Source: a bacterium
GTDB lineage: Bacteria > SAR324 > NAC60-12
Reading direction: 5' to 3'
DNA: 64,000 nt
Assembly (NCBI GenBank): GCA_965205865.1
Contig: CBDBHR010000030.1
Coordinates: 192,001-256,000, forward strand
Part shown: one piece after another, positions 30,004 through 39,749 of the stretch
Numbering within the stretch: position 1 is the first letter of the stretch
Layout of the letters: every line of letters begins with the position of its first letter
Made by a program: the position numbers and the translations under genes
Notes under the pieces: generated by a model
Told to the model about the DNA's origin: nothing
Database searches by the model: none
The model's input: the letters and a program-made list of their open reading frames with translations, nothing else

Positions 30004-31227
30004 ATGAAAGAAATTGAATTGAAAAAGCGATTTGAGCAAATCGAACCATATCTTGATGAAAAAGCCAGACGGCTATGGTGTGCTAATGAGGCTGTCTGTA
30101 TAGGAAGAGGTGGGATCACTTTTGTAGCTCTCGTTACTGGAGTTTCTCGCACAACCCTTACAGAAGGAGTAAAGGAAATTAAGGGAGAGAAAACACCTGT
30201 AGCAGGGAATGTCCGCAGAAAAGGAGGAGGTAGAAAACGCAGTGCGGAAAAAGATAAACATTTACAATCAGATATTGCCGTTTTAGTGGAATCTTCTACC
30301 AGAGGAGATCCTGAATCTCCCTTAAAGTGGACTTCTAAAAGCACGCGTAAACTTGCTGAAGAATTGAATTTGCAAACAAAGCGTGTGAGCCACACCCTGG
30401 TATCACGGTTGCTTTCTGAGACAGGTTATTCGTTGCAAGCTAACAAAAAGACAAAAGAGGGTGGAGATCATCCGGATCGTGATGAACAATTTCGATTTAT
30501 CAATGAGAAAACCAAGCGCTTCCAATTCAATGTTCAACCTGTCATTTCTGTAGATGCCAAGAAGAAAGAAAACATTGGGAACTTCAAAAACAATGGGAAA
30601 GAATATTACCAATCTGGAAAAGCTCCGGAAGTAAATGTCTATGACTTCCTTGATAAAGAAAAAGGGAAGGTTACTCCATATGGAGTCTATGATCTCTCAA
30701 AAAACAAAGGATGGGTTAGTGTTGGAGTTAGTGCTGATACCGCTCAATTTGCTGTGGCAAGTATTCGAGGCTGGTGGTTCCAAATGGGAAAAGAATCCTA
30801 TTCAAATGCTTCTAAACTTTATATCAATGCTGATGGAGGAGGAAGCAATGGATCGAGAAAAGGTCTATGGAAAATTGAGTTACAGAAACTGGCAAATGAA
30901 CTTCAAATGGAAATTCATGTTTCACACTTTCCTCCAGGAACAAGCAAATGGAATAAGATTGAACACAGAATGTTTAGCTTTATTTCTCAAAATTGGTGAG
31001 GAAGACCTCTCATTAATCGTGCGACAGTGGTCAACTTAATTGGCAGTACAACTACTAAAACAGGATTGAAAATTACGGCAAGATTGGATGAGACTCTGTA
31101 TCAAAAGGGAATTAAGGTTTCTGATAAAGAGTTGGCGGATGTCTACTTGCAAAAAGAAAATTTCCATGGTGAATGGAATTATAAAATATTACCCAAAAAT
31201 GTTCAGGTTATTTCGTGACAGACACTA
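30004..31227 (+). mobile_element. ISAzo13-family transposase with premature stop
   Basis: TRGDPESPLKWTSKS, ISVDAKKKE, ADGGGSNG, PPGTSKWNKIEHRMF. In-frame TGA at 30997-30999 (NW*GRPL), ending FHGEWNY. Confidence 0.9.
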
Positions 31228-31642
31228 AGGAGGATTTATATCTGGAGGCGGCTCGAGCGATGGGGAGCTCAACCTCAAGAGTGCTTATGCGCCATATCCT
31301 GCCCAATATCATGGCTCCCATCATTGTCCTGTATACGACAATGGTGCCAGGGATCATTCTTTCTGAGGCGAGTCTCAGCTTCCTCGGTCTGGGCATCCCT
31401 CCCCCCACTCCCAGTTGGGGGGCATGCTTAGTTCGGAAGGGGTCTCTTATATGTTGCGGGGGCCCTGGCTGGCAATATGGCCGGGTCTGGCGCTGAGCCT
31501 TGTCGTCTACGGAGTAAGCATGTTTGGAGATGCCCTCAGAGACCTGCTCGACCCAAAACAGCGGGGCGGTCAGGGCAGTTATGGCACCACGGGGAAACGC
31601 AAAAAAGGATTCCTCTCCAGACTGATCAACCCTTTCAATTAA
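31228..31642 (+). pseudogene. 3' half of a DppC-family permease, truncated by ISAzo13 and frameshifted
   Basis: KEDLYLEAARAMG..RHILPN..EASLSFLGLG..PSWG, frameshift in the G-run near 31417, then GDALRDLLDP...LSRLINPFN. Confidence 0.85.
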
Positions 31643-31729
31643 CAAGGTCAACGTCTCACAAGGTGCGGACCGCTCTATGAAATCAGGGCATTAGGGTTGC
31701 TTTCAACGATACATTGTGTCGAATTCTGA

Positions 31730-31984
31730 TCAAGCCGATTGTTTCATTTCGCTTTCAGTGTAGGGGAAGCAGCTAAAAAAATATCCTGTGTCCACAAGAA
31801 TATCTTCCAGCCGAATTGCTAATTTTTCCTCCAATTCAATTGCTTGGTCATCATCATCAGGAATGACGATATTGACATCAAGAGAGGTTCCATTCTCGGC
31901 TCTGACCCACATACTAAAGGGGGGGAAAATTTTTTTCATTTCCGCGGTAATTTGTTCTATCAACTCTTTCTGTTTGGGGTTCAT
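31730..31984 (-). CDS. Small acidic protein, probable partner (antitoxin-like) of the HEPN gene
   Basis: Start overlaps the HEPN stop (ATGA), SD GGAGG. DVNIVIP..LEDILVDTG loosely resembles a minimal nucleotidyltransferase fold. Confidence 0.55.
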   Translation of the reverse strand: MNPKQKELIEQITAEMKKIFPPFSMWVRAENGTSLDVNIVIPDDDDQAIELEEKLAIRLEDILVDTGYFFSCFPYTESEMKQSA

Positions 31985-32352
31985 GCTAAATCCTCCCTAA
32001 TGGTGTTAAAAAAATGACTTGCTTTTTTGATAAGTCGTTCCACCTTTTTACGACTCACCGTCTGCTCTTGATAGTCCGCTTAATTTCTCAATTCTAAGGC
32101 CTCCATTAAATACCCTTGTAACCCTGGATACGTTTTCTGCCTTTTTACGAGTCGTTTAGCAAATTCCGATTGTACCCAATCATGTTTGTTATCTTCTTTC
32201 GCTGAAGTGTAGTCATAATGGATCAACGCTGCTAAAGCTGCCTGATACATGGCATAATATATTCTATTGACGCCAGCGTTGATATGTTGATTTTTAAGAC
32301 ACCATTCAGCTACTTGAAGATTTTCTTCCGCCTTTTCAAGAAAGGGTATCAT
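31981..32352 (-). pseudogene. HEPN-domain protein with premature stop
   Basis: LEKAEENL..A, NRIYYAMYQAA, H.WV, ELRN*ADY. The frame continues to a stop at 31981. Confidence 0.8.
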
Positions 32353-32606
32353 GATCCCTGGTGCTTCATTCAGATTGACAACCTGCCGTCCTTCCGCTAA
32401 TTCTGAAAAGAAAACTCAACAATGACGCAAGTTTGATTGCTATTTTTTGCTGTAATCCTTGCCACAGGCACCTTAAAAAATAACAAAAGCAGGAATAAGT
32501 TAAAAGATAAAATATTAGAAAGTCAAATATAATAAAGGACGAAGATAGAGCAAAAGGTCACCGTAAAGAACTGACTTATAGTGGTTTCCAGCCACCTTTC
32601 GTCATT

Positions 32607-33276
32607 CCTCCGGTACAAATCCGGACATGCGCTGCTAACGCATCCGGCTCCTGCTTCGAGTCAGACGCTCAAACGTTGATTCGGATACGGGTGGGTTGTC
32701 CTTACAGAAGGAATGTGTAGTTTGAGCAGTACTTTGAAGCGTTCTTGGTGGATCCTCCGGTGCAGATCGTTAATCCGCTCCATGAGATTGATGCCATAGT
32801 CCCTCCAGGTCTCCTCGTCCACTCCCGCCGCTGAATTGCGATTGAGATCAAAGTAAGCTCTCCGCCGCCGCTTCATCGCTACTACGAACTTGTCCGACTT
32901 CCTGAAGACGTAGATATCGGGGTTATTTATTAATTTTCCCGATCCGACTACCAATGGAATGTTGACAGTCATCCTCAGGATCTCCCAGGTTCCGATCAAG
33001 AAACTTCCACACATGCGCCGGGTCTTTGACTCCGCCAGGCTCGACCGGGACTCACGCTAACGCCTTCGGTTGATGTTGCCTTCCCCACCAGACCACAAGG
33101 TCAGCGCCTGAAACTATGATTTCGGAGCTCAATACCGAGCCTATGTTCTCCCTTGTCAACGCTTAGCGCCTATCCTTGTGAATAACCACTCATGACTCGG
33201 GGACTCGGCGGGTCGTTACTGCCTTACCGAGTAAGAGACTTTCACTCTCTATTTCTTGCCAGCTTTCCTGGCGCAT
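32607..33276 (-). mobile_element. Internally deleted group II intron
   Basis: 5' ATGCGCCAG (GTGCG-like) at 33276, DI-like motifs GTGAAAGTCTCTTAC, GCGTTGACA, GTATTGAGC, GGAAGGCAACA. DV GAGCCGGATGCG-ttagcag-CGCATGTCCGGATT at 32617-32650. RT N-terminal segment (AAGVDEETWRDYG) joined to maturase C-terminus (HPYPNQRL). Confidence 0.85.
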
Positions 33277-33455
33277 AGCCTGACCCAATTTCTAGACTAC
33301 CAGGCCGTCATTGACTAAAAGTCCACATGAAAATCATGAAATGTGCTTTCGTGACTTTTTCGGCAGACCCTACTTGGTTATGAAGGCAGCGCCCGTTGGC
33401 CCGGAAGCAATGCGGTTGGATGGGTTTTACGACCCGATTGGAGAGAGTGTTGCTG

Positions 33456-34424
33456 CTAAGCGAAGGGGTTGATCAGTCGGGCCAGGAGGCCTCGTTTGCG
33501 TTTCCTCCCTACGGTGCCATAACTGCCCTGTCCGCCCCGCAGCCGGGGATCCAGCAGGTCCCTCACCGCGTCGCCGAACATGTTGAGGGAGTAGACGGTA
33601 ATCGTCAGAGCAAGACCGGGAAAGAGAGCCAGCCGTGGCGCCGTCTCCATGTATTCACGCCCTTCCCGGCTGAGCATTCCTCCCCACTCAGGAATCGAGA
33701 ATGGCAGCCCGTATCCGAGGAAGCTCAGAGAAGCCAAAGACATAATCACCCCCCCGATGTTAATGGAGAAGATAATGATGACGGGTGCCATAATATTGGG
33801 CAGGACATGGCGGATCAGGATTTGGCTCGTGGGGGTGCCCACAGCCTGGGCTGCCAGAAAATAGTCATTCTCTTTGATAGCGATCACGGCGCTTCTGATG
33901 ATTCTTGAGCCGCCGATGCCTCCGGCGATCCCCAGGACCACGATGATCTGGAGGAGACCCTTTCCCACAATGGACATGATGGTCAGCAAAAGCAGCAGTC
34001 CCGGGAAACACATCCAGGCGTCGACAAAGCGCTGAACCACCAGGTCCAGTTTCCCACCCAGGAATCCGGAAGTGCCGCCGATCAGGGTACTGATCACAAC
34101 ACTAAGAGCGGTCGTGGCCAGGCCGACAAGTAACGAAACACGAGCCCCGAACATAAGGCGGCTCAAGAAGTCTCGCCCCAACTTGTCGGTCCCCAGGAGA
34201 TACTGGGCTGATGGGCCTTTCATGATGTCACGAATGTGTGCTTCATCATAGGGATAAGGAGTCAGAACATCGGCAAAGATCGCCACAAAAATCAAGAGCA
34301 AGACGATCATCCCGCAGAACGCCCCCAGCGGCTTCTCCTTGAGAAGCCTGCGGAAGAAATCCACAAACCGGCTTCGTCGCTTGGGCTCACTGACGGCGGA
34401 GGGTGCCTCTGTGGCATTGCTCAT
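33456..34424 (-). CDS. Peptide ABC transporter permease, DppC/OppC family
   Basis: Close paralog of 7966..8934. Confidence 0.93.
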   Translation of the reverse strand: MSNATEAPSAVSEPKRRSRFVDFFRRLLKEKPLGAFCGMIVLLLIFVAIFADVLTPYPYDEAHIRDIMKGPSAQYLLGTDKLGRDFLSRLMFGARVSLLVGLATTALSVVISTLIGGTSGFLGGKLDLVVQRFVDAWMCFPGLLLLLTIMSIVGKGLLQIIVVLGIAGGIGGSRIIRSAVIAIKENDYFLAAQAVGTPTSQILIRHVLPNIMAPVIIIFSINIGGVIMSLASLSFLGYGLPFSIPEWGGMLSREGREYMETAPRLALFPGLALTITVYSLNMFGDAVRDLLDPRLRGGQGSYGTVGRKRKRGLLARLINPFA

Positions 34425-34447
34425 ATTAAGGCCTTTCGCGCCAGCGA

Positions 34448-35150
34448 CTATTCATACCGCACTCTCGGATCCAAATACGGATAAATCAGGTCGATCAGTA
34501 GAATGTTAAGCATCACCACGCCGGATAAAACCAGGTTTATTCCGGAGACCATCGTGTAATCTCTGCCTTCGAGTGCCATCAGAAAGAGACGACCCAGCCC
34601 CGGCAGGTTGAAGATGTTCTCTATGATAACGGAGCCACCTACCAGCAGAGGCAACTGCAGGCCAATCAGGGTAACTATCGGGATGAGGGCATTTTTGATG
34701 GTGTGCCGGATAATCACGACCCGTTCCTTGAGACCCTTGGCCCAGGCCGTCCGGATATAGTCCTGCCGGAGCACCTCCAGCATCATGGTGCGCGTCAACC
34801 GCATCGTGCCTGCAGACATGGCCGTCCCCAGAATCAGGCTGGGAATGATGAGCACCCCGAGATTCCCCAGGCGGGTCTTTTGTGAAAGTAATCAGCCGCA
34901 TCGGTGGCGACCAGCCCCACCAGAGTGCCGGGTAGATCATGACCATAATTCCCAGCCAGAAGTTCGGCGTGGCCAGGCTGATGATGGCGACCGAGCGCCC
35001 CAGGTAGTGGGCGGCGGTATCCTGGCAAATCGCCGAGTAGATACCCACCGGCAGCGCGATCACCAGCCCGATGAGGATGGCCGGGAGCCCCAGCTCAAGG
35101 GTGACTGGCAGTCTCTCTATGATCTTCTTCTCCACCGCCCAACCGCCCAT
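34448..35150 (-). pseudogene. DppB-family permease, 5'-truncated and frameshifted
   Basis: ERLPVTLELG..PNFWLG in one frame, MLEVLRQDYIRTAWAKGL..LDPRVRYE in another, shift near 34870. The N-terminal third is missing. Confidence 0.87.
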
Positions 35151-35257
35151 CTTTTCTTTTTTGAAGCGTAGTTTTGCTTAATTCCCGGGGTTCATGTAGA
35201 ATTTGAAAAATAGGGCATAATCCCTTTGTCACAGCAACGATTTTCAAAAAGGTTAGC

Positions 35258-35482
35258 ATGGAATTTACCACAACGGTTAAGGGGTTTCCCACTCAAGTCC
35301 AACTTCATCACCTTTCAGCTGATGCTGAGATACGAGTGATTGTCGAAGCAAAGCAAGCAGAGCAGAAGAGTCCGTATATTCAAATTGGGGATAAAGCGGC
35401 CTTTGAAGAATTTAAGGCAGTTGATCCTGAACCGGGGGCAAGATTGGCTTCGGATATTATCTATGAACATCGCAAACCCTAA
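35258..35482 (+). CDS. Putative antitoxin (VapB position)
   Basis: 74-aa ORF ending 1 nt before the PIN gene, C-terminal LASDIIYEHR typical of VapB tails. Confidence 0.6.
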   Translation: MEFTTTVKGFPTQVQLHHLSADAEIRVIVEAKQAEQKSPYIQIGDKAAFEEFKAVDPEPGARLASDIIYEHRKP

Positions 35483-35483
35483 G

Positions 35484-35972
35484 ATGAAGTTCTATTTCGA
35501 TACTTCTGCCCTGGTCAAGGAATTTGTCAATGAAACCGGTTCCGCTGAAGTCAAACAATATGTTGTGGAGAAGGTTCATCAAGAAGATGTCGTATTTTCT
35601 ACGGCTGTCATTACAAAAGCGGAGATTGCCGCAGCGTTGTCAGCAATGCGTCGCAATCGAGAGTTGACCCAACCAAAATTAGATGAAGCAGTAAGCAGGT
35701 TTCAGAAAAGATGGAAACTCTTCAACATTGTCAATGCGTCTCTTGCTGTTATTGAAAAATCGTATCAGATCGGGTTGCAACATAAAATTAAAGGGAGTGA
35801 TGCCTTTCAATTAGCTTCGGCTTTGATAGACGGAACGGAATTGCTGATTTCATGTGATCAAGATTTAAACGCAGCTGCAAAAAAGGAAGGGATACAGGTC
35901 TGGAATCCGATGAATGGCAGGTTTGAACCGATCAAAGAAGAGCCTGAGCCGAGCGATGACCAAGAGAGATGA
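35484..35972 (+). CDS. PIN-domain toxin, VapC family
   Basis: MKFYFDTSALVK..ETGS, AEI, DAFQLASA, SCDQDL. Confidence 0.88.
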   Translation: MKFYFDTSALVKEFVNETGSAEVKQYVVEKVHQEDVVFSTAVITKAEIAAALSAMRRNRELTQPKLDEAVSRFQKRWKLFNIVNASLAVIEKSYQIGLQHKIKGSDAFQLASALIDGTELLISCDQDLNAAAKKEGIQVWNPMNGRFEPIKEEPEPSDDQER

Positions 35973-35985
35973 GCACCAAGCAAAT

Positions 35986-36021
35986 AAAAAACCCTCCCAT
36001 CCACACCGTGGGTGGGAGGGT
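35986..36021 (-). terminator. Intrinsic terminator downstream of SBP gene
   Basis: ACCCTCCCATCCAC-acc-GTGGGTGGGAGGGT stem with adjacent A-tract (U-tract on the minus strand). Confidence 0.75.
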
Positions 36022-36049
36022 AGCTAATGTGAACGGGTAGGTGGTTCGG

Positions 36050-37833
36050 TTAGAACCCCATTTCTTTCTTCAGATCGTGGTCAATCCACAGGTAAGGTAA
36101 AACCAAAATGGGGTAAGCATTACTGCCTCCCAATTCGGCTTCACCGTTATAACCTATGACCCACGGCTGGGTCACATTAAAACTTGGAGTTCTCGGGCCT
36201 GCTATCCACCAGTGATTCTCTATGATGTACATATCGGCCTCTTTAACCAGCCTTATCTGCTCCTCAAGAGTAGTAGCTGCGTCGACGGCTCTAACCATGG
36301 CGTCATAAACCGGATCATTGACGTTGGGGGTGTTCCAGAGATGACCCTTGGTAGGGCTGGATATTGCAGGAAAAGCGCCATAGTCGACGTTGGTGCTGTC
36401 AGTTATCAGACCTTTCATTTGATGCCCTTGTATACGAGCGTTATGAGTGGTTCGATCATTTAAACTCATCTCTACACCAATGCCAATGGCACGAAAGTAT
36501 TCCACGGCTATCTGGAAATAGTCTAAATCGAAGAACTCGTAGTGCTCATAGGTGGTCTGGAATCTAACGCCGTCGGCGCCGCGCGGATATCCAGCCTCAT
36601 CAAGCAACGCTTCTGCCGTTTCCGGGTCATACTTGTAGTATTGTTTGAGTTCTTCGGACCACTCCTCAAATGGGGTGAGATGATCGACAAGACCTAACCC
36701 TATACGCCCTGTTCGTGTCGTATCTGCCCAGCCATTGAAGTAGGTAGCGTTGATTGTCTCCCAGTCGATTGCCATCTGCAGTGCCCTCCGCACTCTGATG
36801 TCGCTCCAGGGCTCTATCTGCGTATTAAAAGTAAAAGCCGTCTCCGCTCGAAATGAAAATGGCCATACGTTCACTTCGGGGTTGGTCCGCTGGAGGCTTA
36901 CCGCCGCGTCGACTTTAATTAGCTGAGTGTTGCCCGCCCTACCGAGGTAATCAGCCTTACCCGAGCGAATTAACGCCAGATGTGTCGCTCTATCCTTCGA
37001 AACCAGGATCCTTATCTCGTCAAGATAAGGCAGGCGGTTCTCCGGGTATTTTGGGTCGTAGCGCCAGTAGTTAGGATTCTTGACATAGGTGATAGAGCTG
37101 CCCTCCACCCAGTCAGTTAGCTCAAAGGGCCCGGTGCCGACCACATTCTTCCAATCGGTAACGTCGCCATATTGTTCGACTACCTCGCGGGCCACTATAG
37201 GAGTGTTACCTCCAATGGAGATTTCCTTCAGCGATGATATGGTCGGTGACTTCAGCTTAAAAACAACCGTCCAATCGTCGCTGGCCGTTACCGATTCAAC
37301 ATTGAAGTAACCGAGCTGAATATCTATGCCGGGTTCGGTGAAGCCGCTACCCAGTCCCAATATACGCTGAAAGCTAAATTCGACATCATAAGCCGTCAAT
37401 TCTCTCCCATTCATTGGGGCCTTATTATGCCAGTGAACGCCCTTGCGGATGTGAAAGATAATAGTTTGTAGGTCGGGTTGCTCCCAGCTTTCAGCCAGCA
37501 GCCCTGTTATGAGAGAGTCAGGGATGAACGTTGTTCTAAAATTAAATACGTCCCTATCTATTGCCCAGTTCGCAGTGCCGAGCGTCTCATTAACCACCCC
37601 GATTTTGTATGGGGCCGAGCCCCGGAAATAGGGATCAATCGGGTCTCCCTCCCCTAATCCGGTGCTGACGAAGGTGAGTGTCCCGCCGTACTCTGGTGCG
37701 GTCACGAGCTTGCCAGTACTGGGGTCGGTGACATACTTGGCTGCCCAGACCTGGCCAGCCATGAAGACGCTTGCTCCCAGGATGAGAGCCAGCAGGGTTG
37801 CGCTCAATTTTGAGCTACTTTTTTGAGTATCCA
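36050..37833 (-). CDS. Peptide/nickel ABC transporter solute-binding protein (family 5), with two additional in-frame upstream starts at 37939 and 38038
   Basis: Signal peptide follows MDTQKSS. PEYGG, LAESWEQPD, GTGPF. Paralog of 27762..29546. Confidence 0.9.
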
Positions 37834-38268
37834 TCTTTTTCCTTTCGAATGGATGTTGAGAATTAAGGATTGATTTGAAACCTGCCTTCATTCCCGAAAG
37901 CAGGTTCTCGAGGATTCCTCTACTTTTTTGACGATTCATGGTGCTCCTTTCTGCTTTTTGATTAAAAACAAGATTGCGGGTTGCTTTAAAACCTGCTTTC
38001 GTTCCCGAAAGCACGTTCTTGACGATTTCTCTACACATTGTGTCTCCTTCATTTTGGAGTGATCAAAAAATCGATTCATTGGCTCCAGGATGGGGCAATG
38101 AACCCTGAGCTTTCAATCCCCATTCTCTTGAGAAATTTCCATTTGCTGAAATGAACTTTGGTGTAATTTAAGGATCTCTCCCTGAAGTCGAGATGACATA
38201 AAGGGAGACAACCCAATGAACTTGGGATTGAGGACTTGTGACTTGTTGCTTGGAACTTATTTGGGACT

Positions 38269-38352
38269 GGGAACTGGGAACTGGGAACTGGGAACTGGGA
38301 ACTGGGAACTGGGAACTGGGAACTGGGAACTGGGAACTGGGAACTGGGAACT
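38269..38352 (-). repeat. Tandem heptamer array, (CCCAGTT) on minus strand, 12 copies of GGGAACT on plus
   Basis: Read directly. Lies within a block homologous to 4200-4440. Confidence 0.97.
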
Positions 38353-38486
38353 GGTTTTTAAGTATACTCTCATAGCCACCTCATTGTCAATATTTTTTAT
38401 ACTTGAAACAGGTTAATTTCAGACTTTCATGCCATCCTGACGGTCCGCCGATGTGGCAAATCGAAGGATCGCCTTATTGCTCTTCT

Positions 38487-38826
38487 GTCCTATCTCAGGG
38501 CATAAAGTTAATAAATTTCTTGCCAATCTCTCGGTATTTTAACGAAATGCAGTGAAAATCTTGCTCAAATGTAACAAAATCTGACAGCTTTCAGAGACAG
38601 AATAAAGAGATTAAAATGGTAAGTCAAGCATTTCTCTAAAAAAAAAAAAAGAATAAAATATTATTGAACAACCCGTCCTATCTCAGGGCATAAAGTTAAT
38701 AAATTTCTTGCCAGTCTCTAACGGTATTTTAACGAAATGCAGTGAAAATCTTGCTCAAATGTAACAAAATCTGACAGCTTTCAGAGACAGAATAAAGAGA
38801 TTAAAATGGTAAGTCAAGCATTTCTC
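38487..38826. repeat. Near-perfect ~150 bp direct repeat (38487-38636 and 38675-38826)
   Basis: GTCCTATCTCAGGGCATAAAG...GGTAAGTCAAGCATTTCTC occurs twice. Confidence 0.92.
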
Positions 38827-38836
38827 AAAAAAAGAT

Positions 38837-39181
38837 AACTATTCAGGTCTCTGAAAAACCCGTTTATTAAATATCATTAAAAAAGATTCCCGGGGAGGAT
38901 CCATCGTTTTCAAGTCCTCTCACGATATTGTTCAATCGATCAAGCGGGAACCCTCATCTTTCACTCAAACAACTCAGCGATGACATGATCATAGCACAAA
39001 ACAACGCAATGTCAACCCCCCAAGGCAAAATAAATGCGGGATTCGCAAAAAAAAACAAAAAATCAATAAATCTGCTCAAATCCGGGAACAGTCAGAAGCC
39101 GTTCAGTTCAATAACATTGAAAAAAGATTCCCGGGAAGGATCCATCGTTTTCACGTCCTCCCACGATAATGTTCAATCGAT
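38837..39181. repeat. Second copy of the 29575-29915 upstream block
   Basis: Same orientation and high identity, including minus-strand TTGACA-N16-TATGAT. Confidence 0.85.
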
Positions 39182-39397
39182 CTGGAACCCTCCGCGAGAG
39201 CGACCCTTGTTTTTACATGAACTTTTGCTCTTGCGACTTGCATCGGTGGATGGAGGCTTACTCGAGTTTGGTTGATCAAAAAAACCGACTCATTAGTGTA
39301 TCGCACTTTATGAGTTTGAAAATAATTCCTTGGTGTGCTTTACTAGGGGCTGTCTTTTTTTTTGCAATATATGGAGATTGCATGAAGAAAGCACTAA

Positions 39398-39552
39398 GGA
39401 ATGAAATTTAAATAAGTTAGAAGTATGGATACGCAAAATTAGGGGACAGGTAACAGCAGGAAAACAGTAGAGTTGGGATGCGCAGCGCTGTACATGTCCC
39501 CCAATTTTGCTCACACCATTGGAAAAATTACAGGTTATTTAAGGTTTGTTCC
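39398..39552. mobile_element. MITE family B copy with TAA duplication
   Basis: TAA at 39395-39397 and 39553-39555. Reverse complement of the 2433-2586 copy. Confidence 0.85.
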
Positions 39553-39636
39553 TAAGTGTAGACTGACCCAGGAAGAACGGGATGGATTGAGCAAAACCGC
39601 CCTCCGTTAAACCGGAGCGATGCGAGACACTCTTCC

Positions 39637-39732
39637 ATTTCACTTCGAAACTCAAGGATGTCATCGCTTTGTACATGAATCATCCTGAGAAAGCGCTGGT
39701 CTTGAGCGTCGATGAGAAATCACAAAACCAGG
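39637..39732 (+). pseudogene. IS630-family transposase fragment
   Basis: [31 protein letters not shown]. Confidence 0.75.
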
Positions 39733-39749
39733 TATTTGTAACCAGCCCT

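Noticed and set aside
37834-38038. 68-aa N-terminal extension as part of the mature SBP
   Set aside because: The signal peptide and paralog alignment start at 37833. The extension is treated as a leader (see findings).
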